Shown here piece by piece: positions 29,119 through 39,225 of a DNA stretch of 64,000 bases (its first letter is position 1; each line of letters begins with the position of its first letter). This DNA is from Halomonas sp. 54_146. GTDB lineage: Bacteria > Pseudomonadota > Gammaproteobacteria > Pseudomonadales > Halomonadaceae. The stretch lies in contig LGEN01000009.1 of the NCBI GenBank assembly GCA_001507855.1, positions 10,621 through 74,620 of the forward strand, given 5' to 3'. The notes beneath the pieces are model-generated. The model was not told where the DNA came from, did no database searches, and was given only the letters and a program-made list of their open reading frames with translations. Made by a program: the position numbers and the translations under genes.

Positions 29119-30974
29119 GCTTGGCTCTCTCCCGTGCCGTGGTTCTGCGCTTCCAGGCGCTGCTGCGCAGTGACACGCACAAACGCATTTGGCGCGCCAA
29201 GGCCTTGGTAGCCCTCGCGCTGCACCAGCTCAAAAAAGAACGCCTTGCGGCCAGGCTGGGTATACAGCTGGTGGAAGTCGCCGCTGCTGTCTTGATCAAA
29301 CAGAATGTGGTGCGCCTGCATCCATGCGTGAGTTTGGGCTGGCAGGTCAAAGCGCGCAGCAAGGTCGCGGTAGTAGTTACCGGGAATCGGCAGTACCGGC
29401 GTGCCGGCCTGCTGCAGCGCTGCGCTGGTATCACGTATAGAGTTAGTGCGCAGGGCAACGTGGTGAATCCCCGAGCCGCCGTACTGGCGAACAAAACGGT
29501 TGCTGGCGGTATCTGGCGAGGCGCTGGCGTTAAGCGCCAGGCGGAAGCGGCCGTTGCCGTTTTGCAGCACCTGGCTTTGGATCAGCCCACGCGGGTCGGT
29601 GACATCGAACGAAGGCGTTGGTGCCAGCTGGAAAATGGCTCGGTACTGCAGCATCAGCGAGAGGTAATCGTGGTAGGAAAGCGCCACGCTGATGTGGTCG
29701 ATATCCACCAATGCCCCTTGGGGAACCGGCTGCACATCCACGGGGAACTCACGATCCCAGGTGCGGCTTAGCTGCGAGTCATCAATAATATAAGAGAGGC
29801 TGCCATCTACATTGCGCAGCGCGCTCATGCGGTGGGAAGCGCCTACTTCTTCGGGCTCGACGATGGCGTAACCAAGCTTGTCCGCCCGCTTGAATGCTTC
29901 ATAGGCATTGGCGACGCGCAGGCCAATCGCGGTGACCGCCGTGGCGTCGCGCCCTGGCGTGCGGCCGGTAAAGCTCGATTCAGTGTTAAGCACCAGGTTA
30001 ACGTCACCCGCCGCCCAGCGCTCAGCGCTCAGCGTATGGTGACGCCCCACGCAGGCCATGCCGAGTGCGCTGAGTAACTCGCGCAGCGGGGCTAAATCGT
30101 CTGGCTCCACGGCAATTTCGAGAAAGGCGACTGATTCAATCGGCTGCGGTGCGGGAATGCCGCTGCCTTGCTGCATGCTGCGCAACAAATGGTAGGAGCG
30201 CAGGCCATCGCAGGCGGTTTGTTCGCTGTGGCCCATGCGGAACACATCGTTAAAGATTTCGTGGGAGAGCGGGCCGTCGTAGCGGGTCTCTTCCAGCATG
30301 GCCATGAATTTATCCATCTGCAGCTCGCCCTGGCCGGGGAAGCAGCGGTAGTGGCGGCTCCACGACAGGTGATCCATCGAGAGACGCGGCGCATCGGCGG
30401 TCTGCACCAGGAAGATACGGTCCCCCGGAATGCGGCCGATGGTGCCAAGCTCTGTCTGGCGCGAGAAAATATGGAAGGTATCCAGCACCAGCCCGACATT
30501 GGGGTGCGCGGCGCGGCGCACCACTTCCCAGCTGTCGCGGTAATCGTGAATATGCCGACCCCAGGCCAGCGCTTCATAGGCCACGCGCAGGTTACGCCGA
30601 GCGGCGCGCTCGCCCAGCTCATAAAAGTCATCGGCGGCGCGGCTTAAGCCCGGTAGCGAATCAGGGTGAACGGTACTGCAGGCCATTAACAAATCAGTAC
30701 CGAGTTCTTCCATCAGGTCAAACTTGTGCTCGGCGCGGTCGAATGCCCGCTCCCGCGCGCGACCCTGCAGGCCTTCGAAATCGCGAAACGGCTGCAGCGT
30801 GACCAGCTTAAGGCCACGGGCACGAATCAGCTCACCGGCTTCACGCGGCGTGCCTGCGAACGCGGTTAGGTCGTTTTCAAATAGCTCAAGCCCTTCAAAG
30901 CCGGCTTTGGCAATGGCGTCTACCTTCTCTTCCAGCGAGCCGCTTAGGCAAACGGTAGCAATCGATGAATACAT
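29115..30974 (-). CDS. quiC: 3-dehydroshikimate dehydratase, QuiC1/QsuB type (TIM barrel plus HPPD-like domain)
   Basis: SIATVCLSGSLEEK, YEALAWG, LDTFHIFSR, SRHYRCFPGQG, SHEIFND; C-domain IDH, IHHVAL, FFFELVQR. Confidence 0.9.
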   Translation of the reverse strand: MYSSIATVCLSGSLEEKVDAIAKAGFEGLELFENDLTAFAGTPREAGELIRARGLKLVTLQPFRDFEGLQGRARERAFDRAEHKFDLMEELGTDLLMACSTVHPDSLPGLSRAADDFYELGERAARRNLRVAYEALAWGRHIHDYRDSWEVVRRAAHPNVGLVLDTFHIFSRQTELGTIGRIPGDRIFLVQTADAPRLSMDHLSWSRHYRCFPGQGELQMDKFMAMLEETRYDGPLSHEIFNDVFRMGHSEQTACDGLRSYHLLRSMQQGSGIPAPQPIESVAFLEIAVEPDDLAPLRELLSALGMACVGRHHTLSAERWAAGDVNLVLNTESSFTGRTPGRDATAVTAIGLRVANAYEAFKRADKLGYAIVEPEEVGASHRMSALRNVDGSLSYIIDDSQLSRTWDREFPVDVQPVPQGALVDIDHISVALSYHDYLSLMLQYRAIFQLAPTPSFDVTDPRGLIQSQVLQNGNGRFRLALNASASPDTASNRFVRQYGGSGIHHVALRTNSIRDTSAALQQAGTPVLPIPGNYYRDLAARFDLPAQTHAWMQAHHILFDQDSSGDFHQLYTQPGRKAFFFELVQREGYQGLGAPNAFVRVTAQQRLEAQNHGTGESQA

Positions 30975-31005
30975 GGCATCATGCTCCTGTAATAAATGAT
31001 GAAGA

Positions 31006-32271
31006 TCAGTAGCCCGCCAAGCGCGGTAGGAAGGTGACCAGCGCCGGTACGAAGGTAATCAGCAGCAGAATTAAGAACTGCACGGCCAGCATCGGCATAA
31101 TGCGGCGGATAATCGCCCCCATCCCCACGCCGGAAACCGAGTCAGCGACAAACAAGCACAGCCCCATGGGCGGCGTAATCAGCCCCATCATCAGGTTGAA
31201 AATCACGAGAATGCCGAAGTGCAGCGGGTCGATACCCAGCGCCATGGCAATGGGGTGAAGAATTGGCACCAGCACCAAAATGGCCGCGATACCTTCTAAA
31301 AACAGCCCCACCACCAGTAGCAGCACAATGACGGCAATCAGGAAGGTCCACTGGGTATCGATGCTCATCAGTGCCCATTCGGTGAGCATGTTGGGCACGC
31401 GCTCGAATGTTAATACCCAGTTGGCCGCAGCCACGGCACCCATGATGACCATAATCACGGCGCTATCGCGCATGGCGCGGGCGAAGATGCCAGGCAGGTT
31501 GACCAGTTTGATATTTCGGTAGAGCACCACGCCGAGAATCAGCGCGTAGACCACGGCAAAGGCGGCTGCTTCAGTCGGTGTGACGATACCGGCGAGAATC
31601 GCCCCCACCACAAATACCGGCATGAGCGCGGGCAGCAGGCCGTGGAGGAGGGCGTGGCGGCGAGACTGCTTTCTTGTCTGTGCTGCGCCCAAATCACCGG
31701 CGAAAAAGTAGACGTAAATGGAAAGCCCCAGTGCCAGCAGTAGCCCTGGCACAATCCCCGCCAAAAATAGCCCGGGTACCGACACGCCCGACACCGTCAG
31801 CGCGTAGATAATCACCGGAATACTCGGCGGAATAATCGGGCCAATCACGGAGGAGGCCGCGGTGAGTGCCGCCGCAAAATCCCGTGGGTAGCCCTCTTTT
31901 TCCATTGACGGAATAAATACCCGCCCAAGGGCTGAGGTATCGGCAATCGCTGAACCGGAAAGGCCGGCAAAAATCACCGACGCCCAGATATTCACGTGCG
32001 CCAGCCCTGCCTTCATGCGGCCGACAATCGCAGTGGCCAGGTTAATAATCCGGTGAGTGATGCCCGCTTCGTTCATTAGCTCGCCGGCCAGAATAAACAG
32101 CGGTATCGCCAGCAGGGGGAAGGATTCCATGCCGCCGAAAAACTGCTGCGACACAATACGGATATGGTAGGGCAAGTCGCCGGTGCTCATCAGCACCGTC
32201 AGCGTGCCGAGTATGGCAAAGGCAAAGGGTACGCCGAGCAACACTAGCGCTATCAGCAGCACAAAAATCAT
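31006..32271 (-). CDS. dctM: TRAP transporter large permease DctM
   Basis: LAIPLFILAGELMN, SGSAIADT, IIPPSIP, GLITPPMG. Confidence 0.93.
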   Translation of the reverse strand: MIFVLLIALVLLGVPFAFAILGTLTVLMSTGDLPYHIRIVSQQFFGGMESFPLLAIPLFILAGELMNEAGITHRIINLATAIVGRMKAGLAHVNIWASVIFAGLSGSAIADTSALGRVFIPSMEKEGYPRDFAAALTAASSVIGPIIPPSIPVIIYALTVSGVSVPGLFLAGIVPGLLLALGLSIYVYFFAGDLGAAQTRKQSRRHALLHGLLPALMPVFVVGAILAGIVTPTEAAAFAVVYALILGVVLYRNIKLVNLPGIFARAMRDSAVIMVIMGAVAAANWVLTFERVPNMLTEWALMSIDTQWTFLIAVIVLLLVVGLFLEGIAAILVLVPILHPIAMALGIDPLHFGILVIFNLMMGLITPPMGLCLFVADSVSGVGMGAIIRRIMPMLAVQFLILLLITFVPALVTFLPRLAGY

Positions 32272-32765
32272 GATGAAGTCTCCTCGCCACGGTGATCACT
32301 CAAACGCAGCGCGCCCATTACCAGGGCAGAGAGGCTGAGCAGGCCGCCGCCCATCAGCATGGAGGCTTGAAATAACCACATGGGCATGCCGGTGCTTGAG
32401 GAAGTACGCCCACCGCGGGCAGAAATGAACTCGAACGCCGATACCATCAAGCCAATACCAACGGCCAGTACCACCAGGTCGATGGCGACCGCCTGCCAGC
32501 GCAACCAGCGTGGGGGTAACAGGCGGCGAATAAGGTCAAAGCCGATGTGTTTGTCTTGAAGATACGCCCAGGACATGCCAAACATCAGGCCATAAATCAT
32601 CAGGTAAATAGCGGTGTCTTCTCCCCAGGTAATGGAGCCGCCATAGGTGTAGCGCGCAAAGGCATTGCCTGCGACCAATAGAAAAATCAGCATCATGGCA
32701 AGCCCGGCCAAGCTGCCATTGAACAGGATCAGGCCGCGGTGTATCCGGGCGAGAAGAGCAGACAT
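32268..32765 (-). CDS. dctQ: TRAP transporter small permease DctQ
   Basis: 4 TM helices; ARY...SITWGEDTAIYL; HIGFD. Confidence 0.88.
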   Translation of the reverse strand: MSALLARIHRGLILFNGSLAGLAMMLIFLLVAGNAFARYTYGGSITWGEDTAIYLMIYGLMFGMSWAYLQDKHIGFDLIRRLLPPRWLRWQAVAIDLVVLAVGIGLMVSAFEFISARGGRTSSSTGMPMWLFQASMLMGGGLLSLSALVMGALRLSDHRGEETSS

Positions 32766-32851
32766 AAAAGCACCTTCAATCGATAGTCAGGCACGCAAAC
32801 TCGCGAGTGAGCCATCATTGGCCCACTCGCAAGCGCTTTGGTCAGGCAGGG

Positions 32852-33865
32852 TTAGAAGCGCGTGGAGGCTTCTTCTACAGCGGAAGAGAGGCGGTCGATC
32901 CAAGCGGCGTCATCGCCAAGCTCAGCGCGCAGGTAGGCTTGCACCGGCGGCTGGGCCGCTTGGCGGAAGGCTTCCATCTGCTCAGCAGTGGGCTGAGTCA
33001 CTTCCATGCCGGCTGCTTCTAACTTGGCAATACCCTCCGCCGAGTTGAACTGTTGAATGGCACGGCCAGTGGTGCCCGCGACCACCGCGGCGCGTTTCAC
33101 CGCGGCCTGCTCTTCCTCGGTGAGTGACTGGAATATCTCATCGTTGATCAGCAGGTGATCGACCCCATAAACGTGGCGATCCAGCGTCAAGTAGTCCTGA
33201 AACTCGTAGAAGTTATTGCCGTAGATCACCGAGATAGGATTCTCCTGGCCATCGACGACGCCGGTTGCCAGTGCGGTCGGCACTTCGCCCCACGCGATGC
33301 CCTGAGGTTCAGCCCCTAGCCCGCGCACCATTTCCAGGTAAAGCGGAATGGTTTGCACGCGGAATTTCAGCCCTTGCATGTCTTCCGGTGAGTTGATGGG
33401 GCGCACGGAGTTGGTGAAGTGACGAAAGCCCGTTTCGCCGTAAGCCAGTGTGCGTAGGCCAGTCTGTTGTAAGCAGTGCTCGGCTAGTGCTGTACCAAAC
33501 TCGCCGTCCATCACTTGCCACGCCACTGGCGCTGACGGGAAGGTGTAAGGGATATCCGTTACGGCGACTGCCGGACAGAAATTGGCGTAGGCACCGGAGA
33601 CCATCGCAAGACTAATGGTGCCATCCTGAGCGCCTTCAATCAGCTCGGTTTCACCGCCTAGCGAGCCAGCGGGGTAGAGCTCTACAGTGAGATCGGTTTC
33701 GGCTTCCACCAGGTTTTTAAACACCTGTCCGGCCGCGCCCTTTTTCGAGGTGGTCCAGTCATCTGGGTCAACGTGGGCAAAGCGTAGCGTCTGGGCGGAG
33801 GCGGTAGTGGCTGCGGCCAGCGTTGCGGCTGTTACGGCGAGTGTGAGAGTACGCTTAATCGACAT
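32852..33865 (-). CDS. dctP: TRAP substrate-binding protein DctP
   Basis: Signal peptide; LYPAGSLGGE, GETGFRHFTN, GLKFRVQ, VDGQENP. Confidence 0.93.
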   Translation of the reverse strand: MSIKRTLTLAVTAATLAAATTASAQTLRFAHVDPDDWTTSKKGAAGQVFKNLVEAETDLTVELYPAGSLGGETELIEGAQDGTISLAMVSGAYANFCPAVAVTDIPYTFPSAPVAWQVMDGEFGTALAEHCLQQTGLRTLAYGETGFRHFTNSVRPINSPEDMQGLKFRVQTIPLYLEMVRGLGAEPQGIAWGEVPTALATGVVDGQENPISVIYGNNFYEFQDYLTLDRHVYGVDHLLINDEIFQSLTEEEQAAVKRAAVVAGTTGRAIQQFNSAEGIAKLEAAGMEVTQPTAEQMEAFRQAAQPPVQAYLRAELGDDAAWIDRLSSAVEEASTRF

Positions 33866-33904
33866 TGTTGTTGTCCTTTTATCGGCCTGTTGTCACGGGT
33901 TTGA

Positions 33905-33950
33905 AACAGTGCTGCTCTAATCAGTGTTGCTTTTCTTCAGTGTTGCTTTC
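33905..33950. repeat. Imperfect repeats of about 15 bp upstream of dctP
   Basis: ACAGTGCTGCTCT, TCAGTGTTGCTTTT, TCAGTGTTGCTTTC. Confidence 0.65.
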
Positions 33951-34058
33951 TGTTTTAAGCAACCCTTCTATTTTAGATAACAATGTACGAAATGGTACGT
34001 TCAGTCAAGCTATGGCATACTAGACAAAAGACGACCACGATAATAAAAGGCACGTTCT

Positions 34059-34742
34059 ATGACAGCCCCTTCAAACAAGGTCAGCCCCCCTGCCGTGCGG
34101 CGTCGGCGTAAAAATAACCCCGAATCAGTGCGCGCCGATATTCTTGCGGTGGCCACCCACGAATTCTCGGAAAAAGGCCTTTCCGGGGCACGCATTGATG
34201 AAATCGCTGAGAAAACCCGCGCCTCCAAGCGGATGATTTACTACTACTTTAAGGATAAAGAGACGCTCTACCTGCACACCCTGGAAGCCGCCTACCAGAA
34301 AGTGCGCTTGCAAGAAGCCGAGCTGGCACTTGATCATTTAGCCCCGCTAGAGGCGCTTTGTCGGTTAGTGCGGTTCACTTTTTGCCACCACGCCAAAAAC
34401 CCCGATTTTATTCGCTTAGTCATGATCGAAAATATCCATCACGGGCGTTTTTTGGCGCAGTCAGAGCTGATTCAATCGCTCAATGCCGGAGTGATTGATG
34501 TGCTCACTAATGTCTATGTTCGCGGTGTGGAAGAGGGCTGTTTTCGTGAAGGTTTGGACCCACGAGAACTGCACTGGCTAATTAGCGCGCTGTCGTTTTT
34601 CAATGTCTCCAACCTGCACACCTTTTCGCGCATTTTTGATTGGCAGCAAGCCGCGCCGGAAAATCAGCAAAAGCTAGAAGACCACGTGACCGAGATGGTG
34701 CTGCGCTACGTGCGCGCTGACAGGCCAGCGCTGACAAGTTAA
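34059..34742 (+). CDS. TetR family regulator, divergent from the quinate operon
   Basis: ILAVATHEFSEKGLSGARIDEIAEKTRASKRMIYYYFKDKETLY; FIRLVMIENIH. Confidence 0.9.
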   Translation: MTAPSNKVSPPAVRRRRKNNPESVRADILAVATHEFSEKGLSGARIDEIAEKTRASKRMIYYYFKDKETLYLHTLEAAYQKVRLQEAELALDHLAPLEALCRLVRFTFCHHAKNPDFIRLVMIENIHHGRFLAQSELIQSLNAGVIDVLTNVYVRGVEEGCFREGLDPRELHWLISALSFFNVSNLHTFSRIFDWQQAAPENQQKLEDHVTEMVLRYVRADRPALTS

Positions 34743-34765
34743 TGCCACGCTACTTTTAGCGTATA

Positions 34766-34793
34766 GTTCGAAAGGCGAGTTCGAAGGGCGAAC
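34766..34793. promoter_or_regulatory. Tandem PcaR-type operators upstream of pcaB
   Basis: GTTCG-AAAGG-CGAGT (34766) and GTTCG-AAGGG-CGAAC (34779). Confidence 0.75.
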
Positions 34794-34865
34794 AACTGTG
34801 CGGTTTTGTTGCGCCTGCCGTTGAACCATGCCTTGCTGAAACACGTTAAAAGGAGCCTGCTAGCC

Positions 34866-36206
34866 ATGTCCTCTGCCTTTCTAAAGCACCCCTTTATGAG
34901 CCAGCACGCCATTGCTGCGTGTGATGATGACGCCACGGTGCGCGCCATGCTGGCTTTTGAGTTAGCCCTGGCGGAAGTACAAGAAGCGAGCGGAGCAGTG
35001 CCTAGCGGTGCCAGCCAGCAGATGCGCGAGCAGTTTGAGCACGCCTCTTTTAACGTCGCTGAGATGGCCAAAGGCATCGCCAGCGGCGGCAATGTGGCCA
35101 TTCCCTTTGTCAAACAAAGCCGTGCGCTGCTGCCTGAAGCGCTTAAACGCTACTGGCACCAGGGCGCGACCAGCCAGGACGTGGTTGATTCCGCGCTGAT
35201 GCTGCTGCTTAAACCCCGCTTAGCGGCGCTGAATGAACTATTGCTACGCTGCCGTTCGGCGTCGATGGCGCTGATGGATGCCCACATCGCCACGCCCATG
35301 GTGGGGCGCACCTTAATGCAGCAGGCGCTGCCGATCACCTTTGGGGTCAAGGTGGCTCACTGGGCAATTGGCTTGGAGCAAGCGCGCCGCCGCTTAAGTA
35401 GCGTAGAGCTACCCGTGCAGTTTGGCGGCGCGGTGGGCGTGCATTCAGGGTGGGATGTTCAAGGGCTTGAGTGGATGGACGCCGTGGCGGAACGGTTAGG
35501 CTTAGCGGTGCCGGTATTGCCCTGGCATACCGACCGCTACCCCATTCATGCCCTCGGCACGGCGTTAGATGGCGTGGCCGGGGCGGCGGAAAAAGTCGCC
35601 CTGGATGTGTCGCTGCTGACCCAAACCGAAGTGGGCGAAGTGGCGGAACCTTCGGCACCGGGCATGGGTGAATCCTCCTCGATGCCCCATAAGCGTAACC
35701 CGGTGCGCAGCGCGCTGATTCGCGGCGCGGCGCGGCAAGTGCATGGCCACACCAGTGTGCTGATCAACGCTGCCGCCCAGCCGCTAGAGCGCGGCTTGGG
35801 CGAATGGCATGCGGAGTGGGCACCGTTAATGGAAAGCGTTTTGCTCGTAGAAGGTGCGCTAGAGCAACTGGCGGTGCTGCTTGAAGGGCTAGAAGTGAAC
35901 CCCGCCAATATGCAGCGCAACCTGGCCGCTACCGGTGGCGGCATTATGGCCGAGCCGGTGGCGCGTTTGCTCACCCCAACCTTGGGGGCAGATAACGCCA
36001 AAGCCGTCAGCGCCGCCGCTGCGGAAACCTCACGCCTCGAATCCCGGCCCTATTTTGAGGTGCTACTTGACGTGCTGGCTGGGCATCCTGAGGTAAAGGG
36101 AAGCGTAGACGCTGATGCTCTCCGCAACGCCTGTAATCCAGCTTTATACCTTGGTAGTAGTGCTGCCCAGGTTGAACGCGCAAAGAAATGGCTGGCAGGT
36201 GAATAA
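34866..36206 (+). CDS. pcaB: 3-carboxy-cis,cis-muconate cycloisomerase
   Basis: HQGATSQDVVDSA, GRTLMQQALPITFG, GESSSMPHKRNPV, ERGLGEWHAEW. Confidence 0.92.
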   Translation: MSSAFLKHPFMSQHAIAACDDDATVRAMLAFELALAEVQEASGAVPSGASQQMREQFEHASFNVAEMAKGIASGGNVAIPFVKQSRALLPEALKRYWHQGATSQDVVDSALMLLLKPRLAALNELLLRCRSASMALMDAHIATPMVGRTLMQQALPITFGVKVAHWAIGLEQARRRLSSVELPVQFGGAVGVHSGWDVQGLEWMDAVAERLGLAVPVLPWHTDRYPIHALGTALDGVAGAAEKVALDVSLLTQTEVGEVAEPSAPGMGESSSMPHKRNPVRSALIRGAARQVHGHTSVLINAAAQPLERGLGEWHAEWAPLMESVLLVEGALEQLAVLLEGLEVNPANMQRNLAATGGGIMAEPVARLLTPTLGADNAKAVSAAAAETSRLESRPYFEVLLDVLAGHPEVKGSVDADALRNACNPALYLGSSAAQVERAKKWLAGE

Positions 36207-36315
36207 GCAGCTGAAATATTTACGTTTACGGGGCGCTGTTAAGCGCGGGGAAAATACCACGCTGGCACACGGTTAGCGGCGGAGTATTTGACCTCATCCG
36301 CGATCAGCAGTAACT

Positions 36316-36351
36316 TGTTCGCATTGAGAATATATGTTCGTCAAACGAACA
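36316..36351. promoter_or_regulatory. PcaR-type operator pair upstream of pcaIJF
   Basis: TGTTCG-TCAAA-CGAACA (36335-36351) preceded by TGTTCG-CATTG-AGAATA. Confidence 0.8.
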
Positions 36352-36394
36352 ATCACCTGCACAATCGCCCACCACCAGCTAAGAGGCACCCATC

Positions 36395-37213
36395 ATGGCC
36401 GAGTTTCTCAGCTTGCATGACGCGGTAGCGCGCTACGTCCAAGACGGCGCCACCGTTGCCATGGAAGGCTTTACCCACCTGATTCCGTTTGCCGCGGGCC
36501 ACGAAGTGATCCGCCAGAAAAAGCGTGACCTGACGCTGATCCGCATGACCCCCGACATCATTTACGATCAAATGATTGGCGCGGGTTGCGCGAAAAAAGT
36601 CATCTTCTCCTGGGGCGGCAACCCCGGCGTTGGCTCGCTGCACCGCCTGCGCGATGCGGTTGAGAAAGGCTGGCCGCATAAGGTCGAGATTCTTGAGCAT
36701 AGCCACGCGGCCATGGCCTGCGCCTTTGAAGCGGGTGCGGCGGGATTACCGCTGGCGGTTTTTCGCGGCTACATCGGCAGCGAACTGCCCAGCGTCAACG
36801 ACCAAATCAAATTCATTGAGTGCCCGTTCACCGGCGAGCGCCTAGCCGCGATACCGTCGGTGCGCCCGGATGTCTCAATCATTCACGCCCAGCGCGCAGA
36901 CCGCCAAGGCAACGTGCTGGTGGAAGGCATTGTGGGCGTACAGAAAGAAGCCGTACTGGCCGCCAAACACAGCATCGTGACGGTGGAAGAAATCGTCGAT
37001 GACCTGAACACGCACCCGAATGCCTGCGTGATTCCCAGCTGGGCGATCAGCGCCATTGCGGTGGCCGAGAAAGGCGCGCTGCCTTCCTACACCCACGGCT
37101 ATTACGGCCGCAGCAACCGCTTCTATAAAGAATGGGACGCCATCGCTCGCGACCGCGACACCTTCACCCAGTGGCTCGACGACAACGTCTTTAATGCAGG
37201 AGGCCAAGCCTGA
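36395..37213 (+). CDS. pcaI: 3-oxoadipate CoA-transferase subunit A (GctA-like)
   Basis: AMEGFTHLIPFAAGHE, FSWGGNPGVGSLHR, HAQRADRQGN. Confidence 0.9.
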   Translation: MAEFLSLHDAVARYVQDGATVAMEGFTHLIPFAAGHEVIRQKKRDLTLIRMTPDIIYDQMIGAGCAKKVIFSWGGNPGVGSLHRLRDAVEKGWPHKVEILEHSHAAMACAFEAGAAGLPLAVFRGYIGSELPSVNDQIKFIECPFTGERLAAIPSVRPDVSIIHAQRADRQGNVLVEGIVGVQKEAVLAAKHSIVTVEEIVDDLNTHPNACVIPSWAISAIAVAEKGALPSYTHGYYGRSNRFYKEWDAIARDRDTFTQWLDDNVFNAGGQA

Positions 37214-37986
37214 TGAGTCTGGAATATACCTCTTCTGAAATGATGACCGTGACCGCTGCACGGGCGCTGGAAAACGGCACCACCTGCTTTGTAGGGATTG
37301 GCTTGCCTTCCGAGGCTGCCAACCTGGCGCGGCTGACCCACGCCCCCGACGTGGTGCTGATTTATGAATCCGGCACGCTGCAAACCAAGCCTGATGTACT
37401 GCCGCTTTCGATCGGTGATGGCGAATTAGCCGAAACCGCGCTAACCACCGTTGCCGTACCGGAAATGTTCCGCTACTGGCTGCAGGGCGGCAAAATCAAC
37501 GTGGGCTTTTTAGGCACCGCGCAAATCGACCGCTATTGCAACCTTAACACCACGCTGATTGGTGACTACCGCGAACCCAAGGTACGCCTGCCCGGCGGCG
37601 GCGGTGCGCCGGAAATTGCCACCAACGCCGGTGAAGTGTTTATCACCCTCAAGCACTCCAAGCGGGCGTTTGTGGATAAGGTCGATTTTGTCACCACGCT
37701 GGGCTTTGGCCGCGACGGCAAAGGGCGTGATAACGTGCCCAATATCGGCAAAGGTCCCACCCGTGTGATCACCGACCTGTGCGTGATGAAGCCTGACCCC
37801 GAGACCAAAGAACTGGTGGTGGTGTCGCTGCACCCGGGCGTCACCCGCGAGGAAGTGATTGACGCCACCGGCTGGGACATTCGCTTTGCCGAGCAGCTGG
37901 AAAGCACGCCTGAGCCAAATGCCAACGAGCTTGAAATTCTACGTGAGCTGAAAGCGCGTACCGAGCGAGCCCACGCGGGCGCATAA
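37213..37986 (+). CDS. pcaJ: 3-oxoadipate CoA-transferase subunit B
   Basis: CFVGIGLP, catalytic IYESG, RLPGGGGAPEIA. Confidence 0.9.
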   Translation: MSLEYTSSEMMTVTAARALENGTTCFVGIGLPSEAANLARLTHAPDVVLIYESGTLQTKPDVLPLSIGDGELAETALTTVAVPEMFRYWLQGGKINVGFLGTAQIDRYCNLNTTLIGDYREPKVRLPGGGGAPEIATNAGEVFITLKHSKRAFVDKVDFVTTLGFGRDGKGRDNVPNIGKGPTRVITDLCVMKPDPETKELVVVSLHPGVTREEVIDATGWDIRFAEQLESTPEPNANELEILRELKARTERAHAGA

Positions 37987-37996
37987 GGAGTACTTT

Positions 37997-39214
37997 ATGA
38001 GTGATGTTGCCATGAGAGACGTGTTTCTTTGTCACCCACGCCGCACTGCCGTTGGCCGTTTTGGCGGCACCTTGGCCAGCGTGCGCCCGGATGATTTCGC
38101 CGCGAGCATCTTTAAAGCCGTACTAGCGGAGGCACCGGATCTCGACCCCGCGGCCATTGAAGAAGTGTTTATGGGCTGCGCCAACCAGGCCGGTGAAGAT
38201 AACCGCAACGTAGCGCGCATGTCGTCGCTGCTGGCGGGCATTCCCACCTCGGTACCCGGCACCACCATGAACCGCCTGTGCGGTTCGGGTATGGACGCAG
38301 TGGGCACGGCGTTTCGCGCTATTAAAGCCGGCGAGATGGAGCTGGCGCTGGCCGGCGGCGTGGAATCCATGTCCCGCGCGCCTTATGTGATGGGCAAGGC
38401 CGATAGCGCTTTCACTCGTGGGCAAAAAATTGAAGACACCACCATTGGCTGGCGCTTGATCAACCCGCTGATGAAGAAAGCGTTTGGGGTGGATTCGATG
38501 CCGGAGACGGCAGAAAACGTCGCCGAGCAGTTCAATATCTCTCGCGAAGATCAGGACGCCTTTGCCCTGCGCTCGCAGCAAAAAGCCGCTGCTGCCCAAA
38601 AGGCCGGCCGCTTTGCCCAAGAGATTACGGCGATTGAGATTCCCCGCCGCAAGCAGGAGCCGCTGATTTTTGATACCGATGAGCACCTGCGGGAAACCAC
38701 CCTTGAGAAGCTGGCAGGTTTGCCCACGCCGTTCCGTGACGGCGGTAGCATCACCGCGGGTAACGCTTCAGGCGTTAACGACGGTGCGGCCGCCATGCTG
38801 GTCGCCAGCGAAACCGCGGTTAAACAGCACGGCCTAACACCGATGGCTAAAATTATCGGTATGGCCACGGCAGGCGTTGAGCCACGCATCATGGGCTACG
38901 GCCCGGTTCCCGCCGTGCAGAAGCTGCTTAAGCGTACCGGCATTTCCATGGACGACATCGACGTATTTGAGTTTAACGAAGCCTTTGCTGCTCAGGCGCT
39001 AGCCTGTACGCGCGACCTGGGCCTGAAAGACGACGACCCGCGGGTGAACCCCAACGGCGGCGCGATTGCACTGGGCCACCCGCTGGGCATGTCCGGCGCA
39101 CGGCTGCTGCTTACCGCCGCCCACGAGCTGCAAAACAGCGGCAAGCGCTACGCGCTATGCACCATGTGCGTAGGTGTTGGCCAGGGTATCGCCACGCTGA
39201 TCGAACGCGTTTAA
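37997..39214 (+). CDS. pcaF: 3-oxoadipyl-CoA thiolase
   Basis: [45 protein letters not shown]. Confidence 0.93.
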   Translation: MSDVAMRDVFLCHPRRTAVGRFGGTLASVRPDDFAASIFKAVLAEAPDLDPAAIEEVFMGCANQAGEDNRNVARMSSLLAGIPTSVPGTTMNRLCGSGMDAVGTAFRAIKAGEMELALAGGVESMSRAPYVMGKADSAFTRGQKIEDTTIGWRLINPLMKKAFGVDSMPETAENVAEQFNISREDQDAFALRSQQKAAAAQKAGRFAQEITAIEIPRRKQEPLIFDTDEHLRETTLEKLAGLPTPFRDGGSITAGNASGVNDGAAAMLVASETAVKQHGLTPMAKIIGMATAGVEPRIMGYGPVPAVQKLLKRTGISMDDIDVFEFNEAFAAQALACTRDLGLKDDDPRVNPNGGAIALGHPLGMSGARLLLTAAHELQNSGKRYALCTMCVGVGQGIATLIERV

Positions 39215-39225
39215 CGGAGAACGTC

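Noticed and set aside
29115-30100. C-terminal HPPD-like domain as a separate 4-hydroxyphenylpyruvate dioxygenase
   Set aside because: It is in frame with the TIM-barrel domain and matches the known QuiC1 architecture; no tyrosine catabolism context.
22028-36206. Functional link between nap and the adjacent aromatic cluster (anaerobic aromatic degradation)
   Set aside because: All ring-attacking enzymes here need O2, no benzoyl-CoA pathway genes are present, and adjacency alone is not evidence.
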